Shown here: positions 37,073-49,749 of the stretch, one piece after another
Layout of the letters: the number at the start of each line of letters is the position of its first letter
How positions within the stretch are numbered: the stretch's first letter is position 1
Assembly (NCBI GenBank): GCA_002633005.1
Contig: NMRA01000036.1
Location: forward strand, 570,832-634,831
DNA from: Phoronis australis
Taxonomy: Eukaryota; Animalia; Phoronida
Direction of reading: 5' to 3'
DNA: 64,000 bases
Translations under genes and position numbers: made by a program
Notes under the pieces: generated by a model
Database searches by the model: none
Told to the model about the DNA's origin: nothing
Seen by the model: the letters and a program-made list of their open reading frames with translations, nothing else

Positions 37073-39060
37073 TTTTCGTTGAGCAGAGTGGTCCGCCATC
37101 TTGCTGATGAACCATGTTCATCGAGATGCGTGCGTACTGTGTAGTATCTAGGAACTAGTATTGGTAACAACACGGGATTTCAAGCAAAAATTCATAGCTT
37201 TAATGTCAGGATCATCAAGTGCAAACCAGGATTTTTAGAAAATCATCCAACTTATCTTTAGTTATAGCAGAACACATCAAAAAAAGTTTGACTTCTGGTA
37301 TGAAACCCAGAATCATGGATATAATTTTTGGTCTTTCGAGGCTTAAAAATTGAAACTGAAATAGAATTATTTTGTGGGTGAGAATCCGATCGCAGAAATA
37401 ATATTGTTCAACGTCATTTGGTCCTTAAAACACCCATTAAAGTCGATTTTTTGTGGTCTTTTACCTGACTTTCTTTCTTAGTTCGATGTGGATTTAGTAA
37501 CCTCATGTTCTCTCCAAGATATCTGTTAATTTCTAGCAACGAAGAAGCACAAAAAGAAGTGACTACAATATTAATAATTTTTACAGGTGAACACCAATTC
37601 GAAGATTCATTAAATATATCAAACGTTATTGGGAACAGGGCAGGATGAAAGGAAGGGATAGCGCATGAATTCAATAACCCACAATGTTATATTGGTACGG
37701 TAGATGTGTTGTTTCTGTAAATTTCAAGAGATGGGACAAATGTAATGTAGCCTAGCAAGCTATTAAAATCTGCAAATGTCTTACTTTAGGAAAATCATCA
37801 TTTTTATATCCTGTCCTGTTCATGGTCTTCTGTTATTTCTTTTTTCATTTAAATATTTAATGTTAACAAATCAGTTTCTATAACTCTATCCTTTTGCAAA
37901 ATTTTGCTCCCAACTTTTATTCAAATTGGCCTATGCCCTCAACTTCGAATATGCACATGTACACAAACATGTACAGTTCCATTGGTCAATTGTTGCATAC
38001 AATGACACGACTTCACATGCACGCATACTGCTGTTTGTATGCTCATCGATTTCCATGGGTTTCTATTAATTTTTTTCCACTTAGTGTTCACGTGTTTCAC
38101 ACGAACGCATGCCTCAAATCTTTTTGTTAGAATAAATCATGTGGCGTCGGGTCAAGGAATTTTTATGCCCATACTAAAAATTTGGGGAATACACCAATGT
38201 AATCGCGCGCAGGAGGAGCGGTCCCCTTGACAGCTGATCGTCTCGTCGGTTTATAAACAACTGAAAAATAGGTATTATACAATTATAACGACGAAAAAGG
38301 TTAATCATGTTAATGTACACTTTATATATTTCAGTGATTGTCTTTTCTATTGAGTAGGCAAAACCTCCCAGGCCCTAGCAGCACTCCGTGAGAATTTCAG
38401 CCAACGCATTAGGAATTTTGTCTTTGCAATGGCTTATATGACCGTTTAAGTAATGCAAGGGTCACAAAGTTACATTGCTCTGTGTTACCAATATTTTAAA
38501 ACCTCGTTAGTATTTAAAATTTCAAATTTTATTCTAAAAATTCCCCGGCTTCCATAAGGCCACCGTGATTTTGTTTACATAGTGTTCATCGTCAATATGG
38601 CGGACCGCGTCTCACGCGCTGTCTGGCTTGTGAGTACAGTCGAGTCACCTCTATGTATATAGCTCATTGACACCGACAGTCTCAAGGTACGATCTTCAGT
38701 TAATGTTATCGTGATTTAAATGGAACCCAGGAAAATACAAAATTTCTTAGCAAAATGTGTAATCTAACTGAATATTTATCAATATTTATGTGGCGAAAAT
38801 ATACCACTTACTAAATTGAATTTCACATATAACATAAAAACATAAACGTGAGAACCATTTACAATCTTCACCGTTGTCTAAGATTTCATTTTGTAAAGGT
38901 TCCGCAATCGAAAATGTAAACCAGTCATGAGGTAGTGCTGAACGAATAGGGGGTAGTTCAGTAGCTGAATCATCAGTGATGGGAAACTGTTCAAGTGTCA
39001 GGCGTATGATGCTGTATTTTATAAATTCTTGATCTCACGAATTTCAATTTTAATCACCGA

Positions 39061-40930
39061 GAGTTGGAGGAGCTAGACCAAGAAGATCCACTGTCTCCAA
39101 CGTTGAAACGATATTGCATAAAATTCAGCAGGGAATGCAGGTTTCGCAACACACTGTAATTGCTCTCTTCGATCTGGAAGACGCATACAACAAAGTGGAT
39201 GTGGATATTCTTGCCAACAAACTCAGACAAATGAAGGTGTCCGATATGATGATCCGTTGGATTCTAGTCTTGCTGGATACCCTTAGATGTCAACTGAAAT
39301 TCGGCAAGTGGAAGTCAAGCATCTTTGAAGCAAGCTCAGGCCTCCCGCAAGGGTCCCCTCTCAGCTCAGTGCTCTTTAACGTCTACACGGCAGATCTCAT
39401 ACAAGCAGCAAGAGTAGGTGGAGCTTCACCACACAGCTATGTTGATGACTTGATAGTCGCCAATGAGGCGTACACTCCAAGACATGCCGTGGAGGGCCTG
39501 CAATTAGCAAGTGATGGTCTGGCCGATTGGACCGAAGACAACAAGATGTCCATCCAACCCGATAAAGGGGAATGGATGTTAGCCTCACGAGGTTATTTAA
39601 ACCCAAACATGTTCATCCTGGGATATAGGGGAGCCTTGATACCTCAAGTAGCTGAAGTTACCTATCTAGGAATTAATATGGATCGAAGAATGACGATGAA
39701 CTCCCATGTCGAATTCCTAGCTGAGAAAGGTGCCAAGAGCCTGTCACTGTTGAGATATGCAGCAGCCCAGCAGATCCAAAAAAGAGCCTGGTGCAGCTCA
39801 TGAATGCAACTGTCGGCGCAAGAACTGAGTATGGGATCCATCTGTGCCTATGTGCCTCCCAACAGTCAATGGCCAAACTACAAAGGATTCAAAACCAGGC
39901 CATGAGGATAGTAACCAGTGCAGCTAGACCCACTCCGGTAGACAGTCTCCAGTACTGGTTAGGTATCAATAGCATCCGTACTAAACAGAAGACACTAGCA
40001 GCCCAAGCATTTCTAAAGGCAGCTACAACCAACTCTCATCCTCTGTACCTGGACTTGAGAGAGCATAGTGATGAGCACACTGCACAGAGGCTGAAAACTG
40101 TTCAATCATGGGTTATCGGAGCTAGGGAGCTTGTCGAAAAGGTATGTCCAGTGAAGAACATCAACAGCATAGAGTGGTCGAAAGCCAAAAACTTTGTCAT
40201 CAACTCCATGGAGATTGAAGGCCTTCATTGGCGGGAAAGAGCTGACTGTATCAACCAAGCAACTGTATCGGAATGGCTTGAAGAACAATCTCCCACAATC
40301 ATTGTTGCAACGGACGGCTCACTACGGCTTGGGCAGCAGTTGCTTGGACTCGCGAGGGTCAACGCCTCTTCGAATGGTCAACAGCACGGGTTGAAAAATC
40401 CTCGTATTTTAGAGTTGAATGTGAAGCATATGAAGACGCCCTAGTCTGGCTCTCACAGAACACAACACCTGCAGACAGGTCATTTCTATTTACAGACTCC
40501 CTCAACCTCATTAGCAGGCTAAAACATGGTCAAGTAGAAGATTCCTGGATCCCTCTGTTCAGCTCTATTAATGGTCTCTTCACCAGTGTTTATATACCAG
40601 GACACTGTGGCATCTCATTCAACGTCAAGGCGGATGAGCTTGCAGGCATCGCAGAACCGATTGCCAACCTGCTCCTCACACCAGCAGATGTAATCTCCAG
40701 AGTGCGTGAATCGCTTACAGATGCCGAGATTGTACAACAGCAGGAGAGATGGTCAACAAAGCGCCTCATAGAGCGAGGATGGCAATACGGAGATGCAGTA
40801 AAAACTCGTATCAGGGGAAAAGATCGAAGAGTGTGTAACCAGCACGAACTTGTTTGCATCTCCAAATTTACATTGCGTGCGATATTGGAAGGAAGAGGGC
40901 CAGAAACTATCCCGGTGCCCACCCTCTGAC
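39061..40930 (+). mobile_element. 5'-truncated I-group (I/Ingi/Nimb/Loa-like) LINE relic 1: reverse transcriptase plus RNase H, frameshifted
   Basis: GARPRRST, ALFDLEDAYNKV, GLPQGSPLSSVLFNVY, YVDDL, TYLGINMD, LQRIQNQAMRIVT, then RNase H motifs VATDGS, FTDSL and IPGHCGISFNVKADELA. Confidence 0.92.
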
Positions 40931-40982
40931 GTCACCACAGAAAGAGAAACAGAATTTCAAGTATTCAAGCTTGGACTGGGGG

Positions 40983-41140
40983 CAGGGACGGATCCAGGAC
41001 TTTGAGTTGGGGGGGCCAGGCCAGAGTATTAACCAGGATTTTGCCAGTCAGACATTCGCACCCCGAACTGCCAAATGGAATCTTGGAGAATTTTAACGGG
41101 GGGCCATGGCTCTCTTGGCCCCCTTCTAAATCAACCACAG
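40983..41140 (-). mobile_element. MITE family C, copy 3
   Basis: Reverse complement of 30611-30766, starting CAGGGACGGATCCAGG. Confidence 0.85.
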
Positions 41141-41199
41141 GGGACAGCCTAGTGTTTGTTCCGCGCGGGGCCGGGATTGCGATAGTAGCCCACAATAGT

Positions 41200-43060
41200 T
41201 TTCTTAAGTACTGTACTCAAACATGGAAAAGACCATCGCACACTTAGGGGATATCGCATCATAGTGATGCAGAACGTCATTGGAAAAATCTCTGCAAAGA
41301 TCATAGCGCAAAGAATCACCAAGTTTAATGAACCTTGGTCCTCCCAGAAATGGGTGCTTATCGACAAGGTAGAGATTCATGGGCCAACCCAGCTCCTGTT
41401 GCATATGAGATATGACCAGGTTTTTAAAACAAGGAAAACGCTCCACTCGTTGGCTTTGATCTACAGCTCTAATGTTCAGCTTCCAAAACTTGCCGATGGC
41501 ATGCTTCATCTCAGTATTCCTGTACGGTGTATTAGATGACGCAACTGGTGACGCATGCTAAAACATCTCGCATAGCGTTCAGAATGGGTATCTGTCAACA
41601 CAGGCTTACTTCAGGTTTCACCTGTGTCTCCAGTGCTGTTCAATATCTACACCATCCCAATCGCCAGACTGAACCGCACCGACTGCCGAATCCTTACCTT
41701 CGCAGACGACATGCTGCAGTCTTCACAGGGACAAACACGTCAAGAGATTCTCCATAAAGCGCAGTTTTCATTGTTGGATGTCTGCGAGTATTGTGCTACC
41801 AGTGAAATGAGCTGCAATGGGGACAAGTGTGAAGCTCTGTTCTGTCTCTGGACAATCGCCTGAGTGTCAACGATTTCCCTTGTCCAACCTACGATGGAAA
41901 GAGGACTGCAACAGCTGACCAGATGTGTCACTTGGTTGCAGAACTCGACCGCAGGCTCATCTTCACAGCCCAACTTAGTAGTATGATCAGCCGTGCTAAC
42001 AGAGGAATCAACGCCCTATAGGGATGCAGCCGGTCGGAATGCGGGGGAAAGGCACATCGTCATGCTTTATAAAGTCCTCGTCACTTCGGCCTTCGACTAC
42101 GCTCTCCCCATGATCAACATCAATAAAAATCAAATCAACAGACTTGAGACACTCTGAAAACCTTGCCCTTCGCGTCATCACTAGATGTACAAGTTCGACT
42201 TCAGTCATAGCACTACGCTACCTTGTCAGTGTTTCCAGCATTGCAGACAGTGTCTTATATAAGGTATTACTGTAGCCAAGGCTGATAAAAGCCCTTTCCA
42301 TCATTTACACACTCAAGTGAAGACTGTGCTTGACAGATGCTTGAACCCCGTCCCTGCAACAACAGCCTATCAACTTCGCCATCGACCTTTCCGCAATGCG
42401 TCCTACCAACGACTTAGCTGATGACCGTGGATTGCCGATGCTGTAAAGGCAACCATGGGAAAACACATGGTCGCACAAGACGCTAGTTTGCTGCCAGTAC
42501 AAGAACACGGTAAGAAACCTAATGTCACCATTGCTTTCAACAAGGAAGCTCGGGAATGGCCCCTGGGAGAAGCCCAAGCATTGTGCCGTGAGCAATGGTG
42601 TGATCTTGGCGGTATTGATGCCATTATAGTAGCAACAGATGGATCCTTCGATGCTGCAACTAACCTTGCGGGATGTGGCTACCAAATAGTTTGTCCTGCC
42701 AATGTCATTGCGGAAGGTAGTGGCTGTTATCATGTATACACAAGTAGTACATAGATGGAGTTTTGGTCTATACAACGTGGCCTAACTAAGCTATCCCAAC
42801 TAGACTTGATGAACCATATCATAATATTTGCCACCGATTCTATTCTATTGATGAAAGTTCAGTCCGGTAATCTCCCAACCAACTAGGGTGTCTTCCGATC
42901 ACGCCACCCTCATCATACAGTGATCTAATCTTTCGTACCTGGCCGCGCTGGTGTCTTGATTAATGAGCGTGCAGATTACCTCGCTGACTCATGCACCACC
43001 AATCAACCCCTCTACTTATACTCGGCTGATGTTAAAGTCCTTCTCTCACGCGTTGTTAAC
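41200..43060 (+). mobile_element. I-group LINE relic 2: RT plus RNase H, more decayed and a different subfamily
   Basis: KHGKD..GYRIIVMQNVIGKISAKIIAQRI, SPVLFNIY..LTFADD, IIVATDGSFD..GCGY, IFATDS and FVPGRAGVLINERADYLA. Multiple stops and frameshifts. Confidence 0.9.
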
Positions 43061-45232
43061 CCTTATTACATGGTTAGAGGATGTTATAAGGATCCAAGAA
43101 GTACCTACCCCATAACTAATACACGATCCGTTTTCGAAAAAAGTTTAAATGAACGCGCCACTCACGATTCGCACCCGAAGAACCACCGCCATTTTGAACT
43201 TGCCGCGATCCCGGAAGTACAATTCATTCAGGAACCCAGGCCGAGAAAACGCCGTCAGTGCGACTGGAGCAGTGCCTGTACTGTTACCAGACAGCAAACG
43301 GGGATAAAATAATCGACAGCGCGCCTTAATTTTAATAAAATCAAAATACAGACAATTTTATCGAATTTGCTGAAGAAATGTGGCGAATAAATTTAGACAG
43401 AAATTATTTTGCCAGATTCGGGACCGCAGCCTATCGGACCCGGTGCCGATCGTGACCAGACACTGGCGAACGGTAAACGCATGCGGTTGCAAGCTGTTTT
43501 GTTGAAGTAAAATGGTCAACTCATAAATGCTGCATATATTCAAGGGTAGTTTCAGACACTTGCATGAAATTACGGGCTGGTTAGTCCTGTGTCACACTGC
43601 CGCGGCAGACCTTAGTTAGCCTCAGTGCCAGCTACCAGTGAAGACTATCGTCAAAATACAGCTTGTTAGTAGGCCTATACAGCTTTGCGCCAAGGCTACC
43701 CATAGGCCTAACTGGTCGCTGGCCGCAGCGCTCGCTCAAACGAGGTTTATTTAGAACTTGGGTACTTCTGGCGAACTGTGCAAAGTTATTGGCTTTCAAT
43801 AGAGATTTTCCCAGACTTTGTATGAGCGCACCAAGCTTAAAAGAATGAGGGGCTGGAATTTTTGGGAATGTCTATCTTTTACAATAAGATTCAGTGGGTA
43901 TGTTCAGAGCTATGAATTGCAGACGCTAAATTTTGGTACTTCCTGTCTTCTAGTGGAATTTTGTCTCAATTTCTACTTTTTTAGGAATTCGGGCTTCTCT
44001 GACTGAGGCAGACCTTTTTCGAGTTCTCTAAAAAGAGAGCTCGTTAGACCACATAAGTATGAGAAATACAATACAAAATGTTATCCTTTTTCTTCATTAA
44101 CCCAAAATGATTCAATCTTTTAACATAATACGTAACTTAAAATGCACAATACTTTACAACATTTAGCATTACAAACAGTATTCAACAGCAAGTTTCGATG
44201 ATATGAAAGTGGACATACATGTAACTATTACCTTGGTGACGAAATAGTGTTTCCTTACACCAGAATTTGACAAGCATCATTTAAAAAATATGAAGTTGCA
44301 AGGAACAAGAATTAGAGGCTTGAAGCTTCACAATCTTACATAGCTTATTTCTCAATTTAAGATTATTCATATTGTTGACTTGATAACCTGAATTAAGAAG
44401 CAATAAGTTACAAAACATGACTTGAAAGCAATTGAGACTTAAAATTTAAAAAAACATGAATCATTTTGTGACACCGAATCAAGTCCTGAACAGCAGTTGA
44501 CAGTCAAACAAAAAACCATTTCAAAATTATTTCAACTATTTTTAGCTTAGTGTAAGATCACCTGAATGGGAAATTTACAGTAAAATAAGTCGAATACATC
44601 TTATATTTTTGCACAAAAAACAAGGGAAATTGAACAAAGTTTCTTTTTTGTAGCAACGTTTGTCAAAATGTATCACGTTAAATCTTCACAAATTACAAAG
44701 TAGCCGATTGAACATGCCTTTCAGTTCAGCAAAAGTCGCCATGTTGTCGGTGCCGCCAGAAATGAGACGAAGTCCAACGGGAATTGTGAGCACATTTATC
44801 ACTTAATGAGTAACAACTGCGAGGCTGAAATTTGGTGAACAGTGTTAAATAGTGCAGAATAGTAAGTAAAGATATGTCTATCTAAATTTCACCGTAATTT
44901 GTTGGCGAAAACAATTTACACAAATTTTTGAACTCGTAACTTATCCCGCTGTCCTCCAATATGGCCGACGCGATCCAAACAAAGTGACCCAAATTTCGCC
45001 ACAAAACTTGCAATAACTTTACACTGCTTGCCCCGATTTTGATACTTTTTCGATTTTTACTGAGTAGAATGCACTACCTTTCCGATGATAGCAAATTACT
45101 TTTTAAAACGAGAAAAAAAAATAAAACCGAAAAAAAATTGGTTCGACTCATATTGGTTCCTAGGTTCGACCGGCCTACGTAAGGAACTAAACACCAATGC
45201 TATTTTAACATACTAAGTACGCGTAACATTCC

Positions 45233-45599
45233 AAAAAAAATCAACGACCACTAACTACAAACTATAAATACAGTACATATGCAAACGAATCACGAGATAT
45301 TACTAATAAAACAAAATAATGAAGACTTTTCGAGCAAGCGATAGCACATTCAGTTACAAGGAAAAAATGCGGCGTTCAGGACAAGTTCCTGAGCTGATGA
45401 GCCGGAAATGTGGGTACGGAAATAACCTATGACAACCGGTAATCATACGCTCAGAGAGAAGGGTCAAATACTATTCAAAAATCGCTTTTGGCAAGAAAGG
45501 AGAAAAGAATATAAAGAAAGGGTGTCAAAAATAAGATTTTAGGTAGTAAGTATTTTCGGATACTGGAACCACATGGGCAGTTTGAGATAAGGACTTTAA
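45233..45599 (+). repeat. Repeat of about 370 bp ending in TTAA (Kolobok-like end), copy 1
   Basis: About 95% identical by eye to 47256-47622. Similarity stops exactly at aaggactTTAA. Confidence 0.85.
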
Positions 45600-45973
45600 G
45601 CAGTTGACTCACCGACGCACCTTCGAGCATACTTAGTCCCTACTGGCTGAGTTCAACGATGGTAGCCAACTGCTCGAAGCAGGTATTACTTATGGCCATG
45701 ATGCTAAAATTCACAACAAGAGCCGTGCCCGAGTGTTGTCCAGTCAGATGCTGTCGGGCAACGTCAGCCCTGGAGTTCTGCGCCTTTTGCTGTCACGGGA
45801 ATGATTGGGGGAGGGGATTAATGCACCAGCATATCCCCAGTGATCCTGTCCGCGGCAAGTATTACAGGTATATTATTATAGCTAACCGATTCGTACCAAG
45901 GTGCATGGCATAATAAAAAATTCCCTTTATATTTCAATCTCATTATCAATTCAACTACACCATATTCAAGTAT

Positions 45974-47098
45974 TTACTCTGCGCGTGTAAGCGCAGAGTA
46001 CTGTTGTTCCTGGGTTTTCTTCAATTTTATTCTTATTCTTCTTATTCTTCTTATTACTCTGCGCGTGTAAGCGCAGAGTACTGTTGTTCCTGGGTTTTCT
46101 TCAATTTTATACGTATTCTTATTCTTATTCTTATTCTTCTTATTCTTCTTCTTATTCTTCTTCCGACCAACTTTGAGGCTTAATAACTCCAAATTGGGTG
46201 CAGGTACGGTCTTTAAATTCAGCATATGAATTTTGACAGTATATAAATTTTGATTGGTTGTATAATCACATTCCATATTGCACCGGAAGAGGTCGTTTGG
46301 TGCAAAGGTCATATAATTTTCAAAATGCTACTCCTCCTTCAGTTTTTAAGCTACCTTTTTCAAATTCGGTGCACAGGTATAAGTCAACATGACAATTTAA
46401 AAAATTACTTTTCTAAGTAATCGGGTCATCCAATCAGGTGAAATAGGTCAAAGGTCATTAGGTGCAAACTAAAATTTTGAGCTAGACACTTCAAATTGAC
46501 AGGTCTGATTGCCACAGGTAAATCAAATCGGAATCCAATGTTTCAGGTTATTTAGTGCAAACATGGGGTCATTAGGTGCATTTTTCTTTTGAAAATTTGA
46601 CCTTTTCAATCAGCAAGTTTTCTGATGTGTCAACCGTTAGACAACTGTGATTCTCAGCGTTAAACACATTTTCCATGGGCTTTGCAATAGTTCTCCTAAA
46701 TATGCTTAAAATGCACCGGATAAGGTCAATTAGTGCAAAGGTCATGTAACGTTCAAAATGTTATATGTCTTACGTTTTTCAAGGAATTCTTTTCAATTTC
46801 AGCACACTGGTGTAAGTCAACATGCCAATTGAAAACCCTACTTTACTTTGCAATTGGCCTAACCAATCAGAAAAAATAGGTCAAAGGTCATTGAGTGCAA
46901 ACTAAAATTTTGAGCTAGAGACTTCATAATTACGTATCTGTTGACTAAGTGCGACTGCGTTTGAATTCTAAACTTTCAGGTCATTTGGTGCATCCATGGG
47001 GTCATTAGGTGCATTTTTCTTCTGAAAGTTTGACCACTTCATTCATCTTGTATTCTGAAGTGCCTAAAGTAAAACATCTGTGATTATTAGCATTAACC
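45974..47098 (+). mobile_element. Helentron/HINE-like element with duplicated 5' hairpin, (TTC/TTA)n microsatellite and about 433-bp internal tandem repeat
   Basis: The hairpin ACTCTGCGC-GTGTAA-GCGCAGAGT unit occurs twice (45974 and 46054). The block tgcaccgga..aggtc..gtgcaaaggtcat is at 46279 and 46712. The element runs into the gap. Confidence 0.65.
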
Positions 47099-47255
47099 NN
47101 NNNNNNNNNNNNNNNNNNNNNNNNNNNNNNNNNNNNNNNNNNNNNNNNNNNNNNNNNNNNNNNNNNNNNNNNNNNNNNNNNNNNNNNNNNNNNNNNNNNN
47201 NNNNNNNNNNNNNNNNNNNNNNNNNNNNNNNNNNNNNNNNNNNNNNNNNNNNNNN
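47099..47255. other. Assembly gap (N run)
   Basis: Ns in the sequence. Confidence 1.
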
Positions 47256-47622
47256 AAAAAAATCAACGACCACTAACTACAAACTATAAATACACTACAT
47301 ATGCAAACGAATCACGATATATTACTAATAAAACAAAATAATGAAGACTTTTCGAGCAAGCCATAGCACATTCAGTTACAAGGAAAAAATGGCGGCGTTC
47401 AGGACAAGTTCCTGAACTGATGAGCCGGAAATGTGGGTACGGAAATAACCGATGACAACCGGTAATCATATGCTCAGAGAGAAGGGTCAGATACTGTTAA
47501 AAAATCGCTTTTGGCAAGAAAGGCGAAAAGAATATAAAGAAAGGGTGTCGAAAATAAGAATTTATGTAGTAAGTATTTTCGGATACTAGAACCACATGGG
47601 CAGTTTGCAACAAGGACTTTAA
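47256..47622 (+). repeat. Repeat of about 370 bp ending in TTAA, copy 2
   Basis: Direct repeat of 45233-45599. Confidence 0.85.
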
Positions 47623-47793
47623 GGTGACATATATTTAAGAATACACAGACCATTCAAGGAAAATAATGACAAACCCAGATATAGAGAGGCATTAATGCTT
47701 GTATGATTTATTCTCTGAGGATCATGTCCAGAACATTGCTGTTGGGGGGCAGCATAGGTCGTCTAAACGCACTTGAAAACATGCACTTAATCA

Positions 47794-47942
47794 TTTGTAC
47801 GTGCATTCAGAAATAGTCGAGAAACTTTGTAAAGCATAGCTTTGTACGTGTACTTTAGAAGTAGTCGAGAAACTTTGTAAAGCATAGCTTTGCACGTGTA
47901 CTTTAAAAGTAGTCGAGAAACTTTGTGAAACACAACTTTTGC
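47794..47942. repeat. Minisatellite, three units of about 48 bp
   Basis: tttgtacgtgtactttagaagtagtcgagaaactttgtaaagcatagc, repeated. Confidence 0.9.
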
Positions 47943-48260
47943 AGAGCGTGTTAGTTTACTGGAATTTTAAATTCAAGAAGACAATTTTAGGTAATGCAAA
48001 ACTGTATTTTGCCAGTGCAAGGGATAATGGAGTCATCTATCGCTCTCTTTTTGCTTTTTATCAAAATTGTATGCCACTTGATAAAATTGAGAACCTGGCA
48101 GGGAGCATCAATTACTGCTTATTTCCGGTTTTTATTTAAATATAGTTCATTTCATACTTTAGGGCACAGCCCTTTTATGACATCCATGCGTCCACCCAAT
48201 GATGGCATCGATTGCCTTTATTCTTCTGTTTTTGTGAAATCGTGCAAACTTCTATGTTAA

Positions 48261-49749
48261 AAGGAAAGGCAACTTTTTATGTCATTTTTAGCAAAAATGA
48301 GGTTCTTTAATTATCCCCGGCATATTTTTCAATTAATTACAGCTTTTCGTAATCTAATTAATTATTCGGCCTTTACTCCGGAAGTGACGTTTTGGGAGGC
48401 AAGAATTTCGTGCCAATTTCTTTTCACATAGTCTGACTGTGAGAGCTGTTGAGTCAATCATTGTTATACCTCGGCTGTGACAAGTTCGGTCGTCGTTTGC
48501 TTTTGTTTACGAATCAGTCAACATGCCACACACTGTTGCTGCGTAGCGGGATGTACTCATTATCGCCTAGAGCAGCCCTGCTGCGATGTTGAGTAGAGGG
48601 AGTGAATACAGGCCCAGTTCAACACCATGTGAAGAGGACAGTTCGTCCTCCAATGAATAGGTCGGTGAGCCAAACTTTGATAAGTTTACTGGGGACAAAT
48701 AAAACAAGAATAATGTATATTTTAAGTTGTATTGGGAATTTCAGGGTCACAGCTCTACAAACGAATATTTCACAGAAGGAACCAGATGGGTTCCTTAATT
48801 ACAAGAGATAACACACACATTTACGATACCCAATGTGTAATTGAGTATCGGATACTAAGTAGCACAGGTTAGCATAGTACCAAATGGGTAAATAATACCA
48901 AATGGGTATTGGCCGATTGCCTACCAAGTGGTTCGAGCAAAACGGCAAATTCAATAACAAGTACCAAATGGGTACAGACTGTCAAATGGGCAAATATCAT
49001 ATAAAGTACCAAGTGGGTACACCAAACAGCAAACTGGGCCATAACAACCTGAAAAGCAGGTTACGGACAAGTTGAGTGAGCAGACCAGATCAAATCGTCT
49101 AATTGGGAAAACGTACGAGTGAATGTACTGTTACTTGAGGCTGGGCCAAGAGGAAGCTGGAGAGAAAGAACAAACAGCGCTACCATCGGACAAGGTAGGA
49201 ACTAATTAGGAGTTGGATACGAAGCATGAAGGGCTGTAGAATGTTATTTGCCCAAATAATAGGATTTATGTCAGATTGCCAAAAATCTCATTATTGAGGA
49301 CATGTCTGAAGCATTGGAGCTACTTAGAAGGCGCCAGGTGTGTGGCGGGTGAGTCACACGGCGGGATGTGTGCTCAGGTCACCATTCAATGGGAGTGCGT
49401 CGTGGGAAACTCGGACAAGTGGGACACTTGTTCCTCTGTCCGTGAGACGATAATGAGTACATTTGGGTACGGAGCAACAGTGTGGCATGTTGAGTGACTC
49501 GTAAACAAAAGCAAACGACGACTGAACTAATCACAACAGAGTTAGAACAATGACTCGGCAGCTTTCACAGTCAGACTATATGAAAAGAAATAAGCGCGAA
49601 ATACTTGCCTCCCAAAACGTCACTTCCAGAGTAAAGGACGAGTAACTCTTTAAATTATAAAAAGCTGTACTTAAATGAAAAATATGTCTGGGATAATCAA
49701 CGAACCTTATTTTTGCTAAAAATGACATGAAAAAAGGTTGTCTTCGCCT
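48261..49749. mobile_element. Kolobok-like element, copy 2, built from two inward-facing THAP-side ends
   Basis: TTAA at 48257-48260 and 49750-49753. Inverted arms of about 300 bp both match 24837-25145. The minus-strand ATG at 49488 gives MPHCCSVPKCTHYRLT..VSHDALP. Confidence 0.85.

Noticed and set aside
45392-45425. Hammerhead at CTGATGAGCCGGAAATGTGGGTACGGAAA (also at about 47417)
   Set aside because: There is no G-C closing pair before GAAA, and no stem III, NUH site or stem I can be formed.
45974-46312. Lys/Asn-rich 112-aa ORF
   Set aside because: It is a translation of the (TTC/TTA)n microsatellite.
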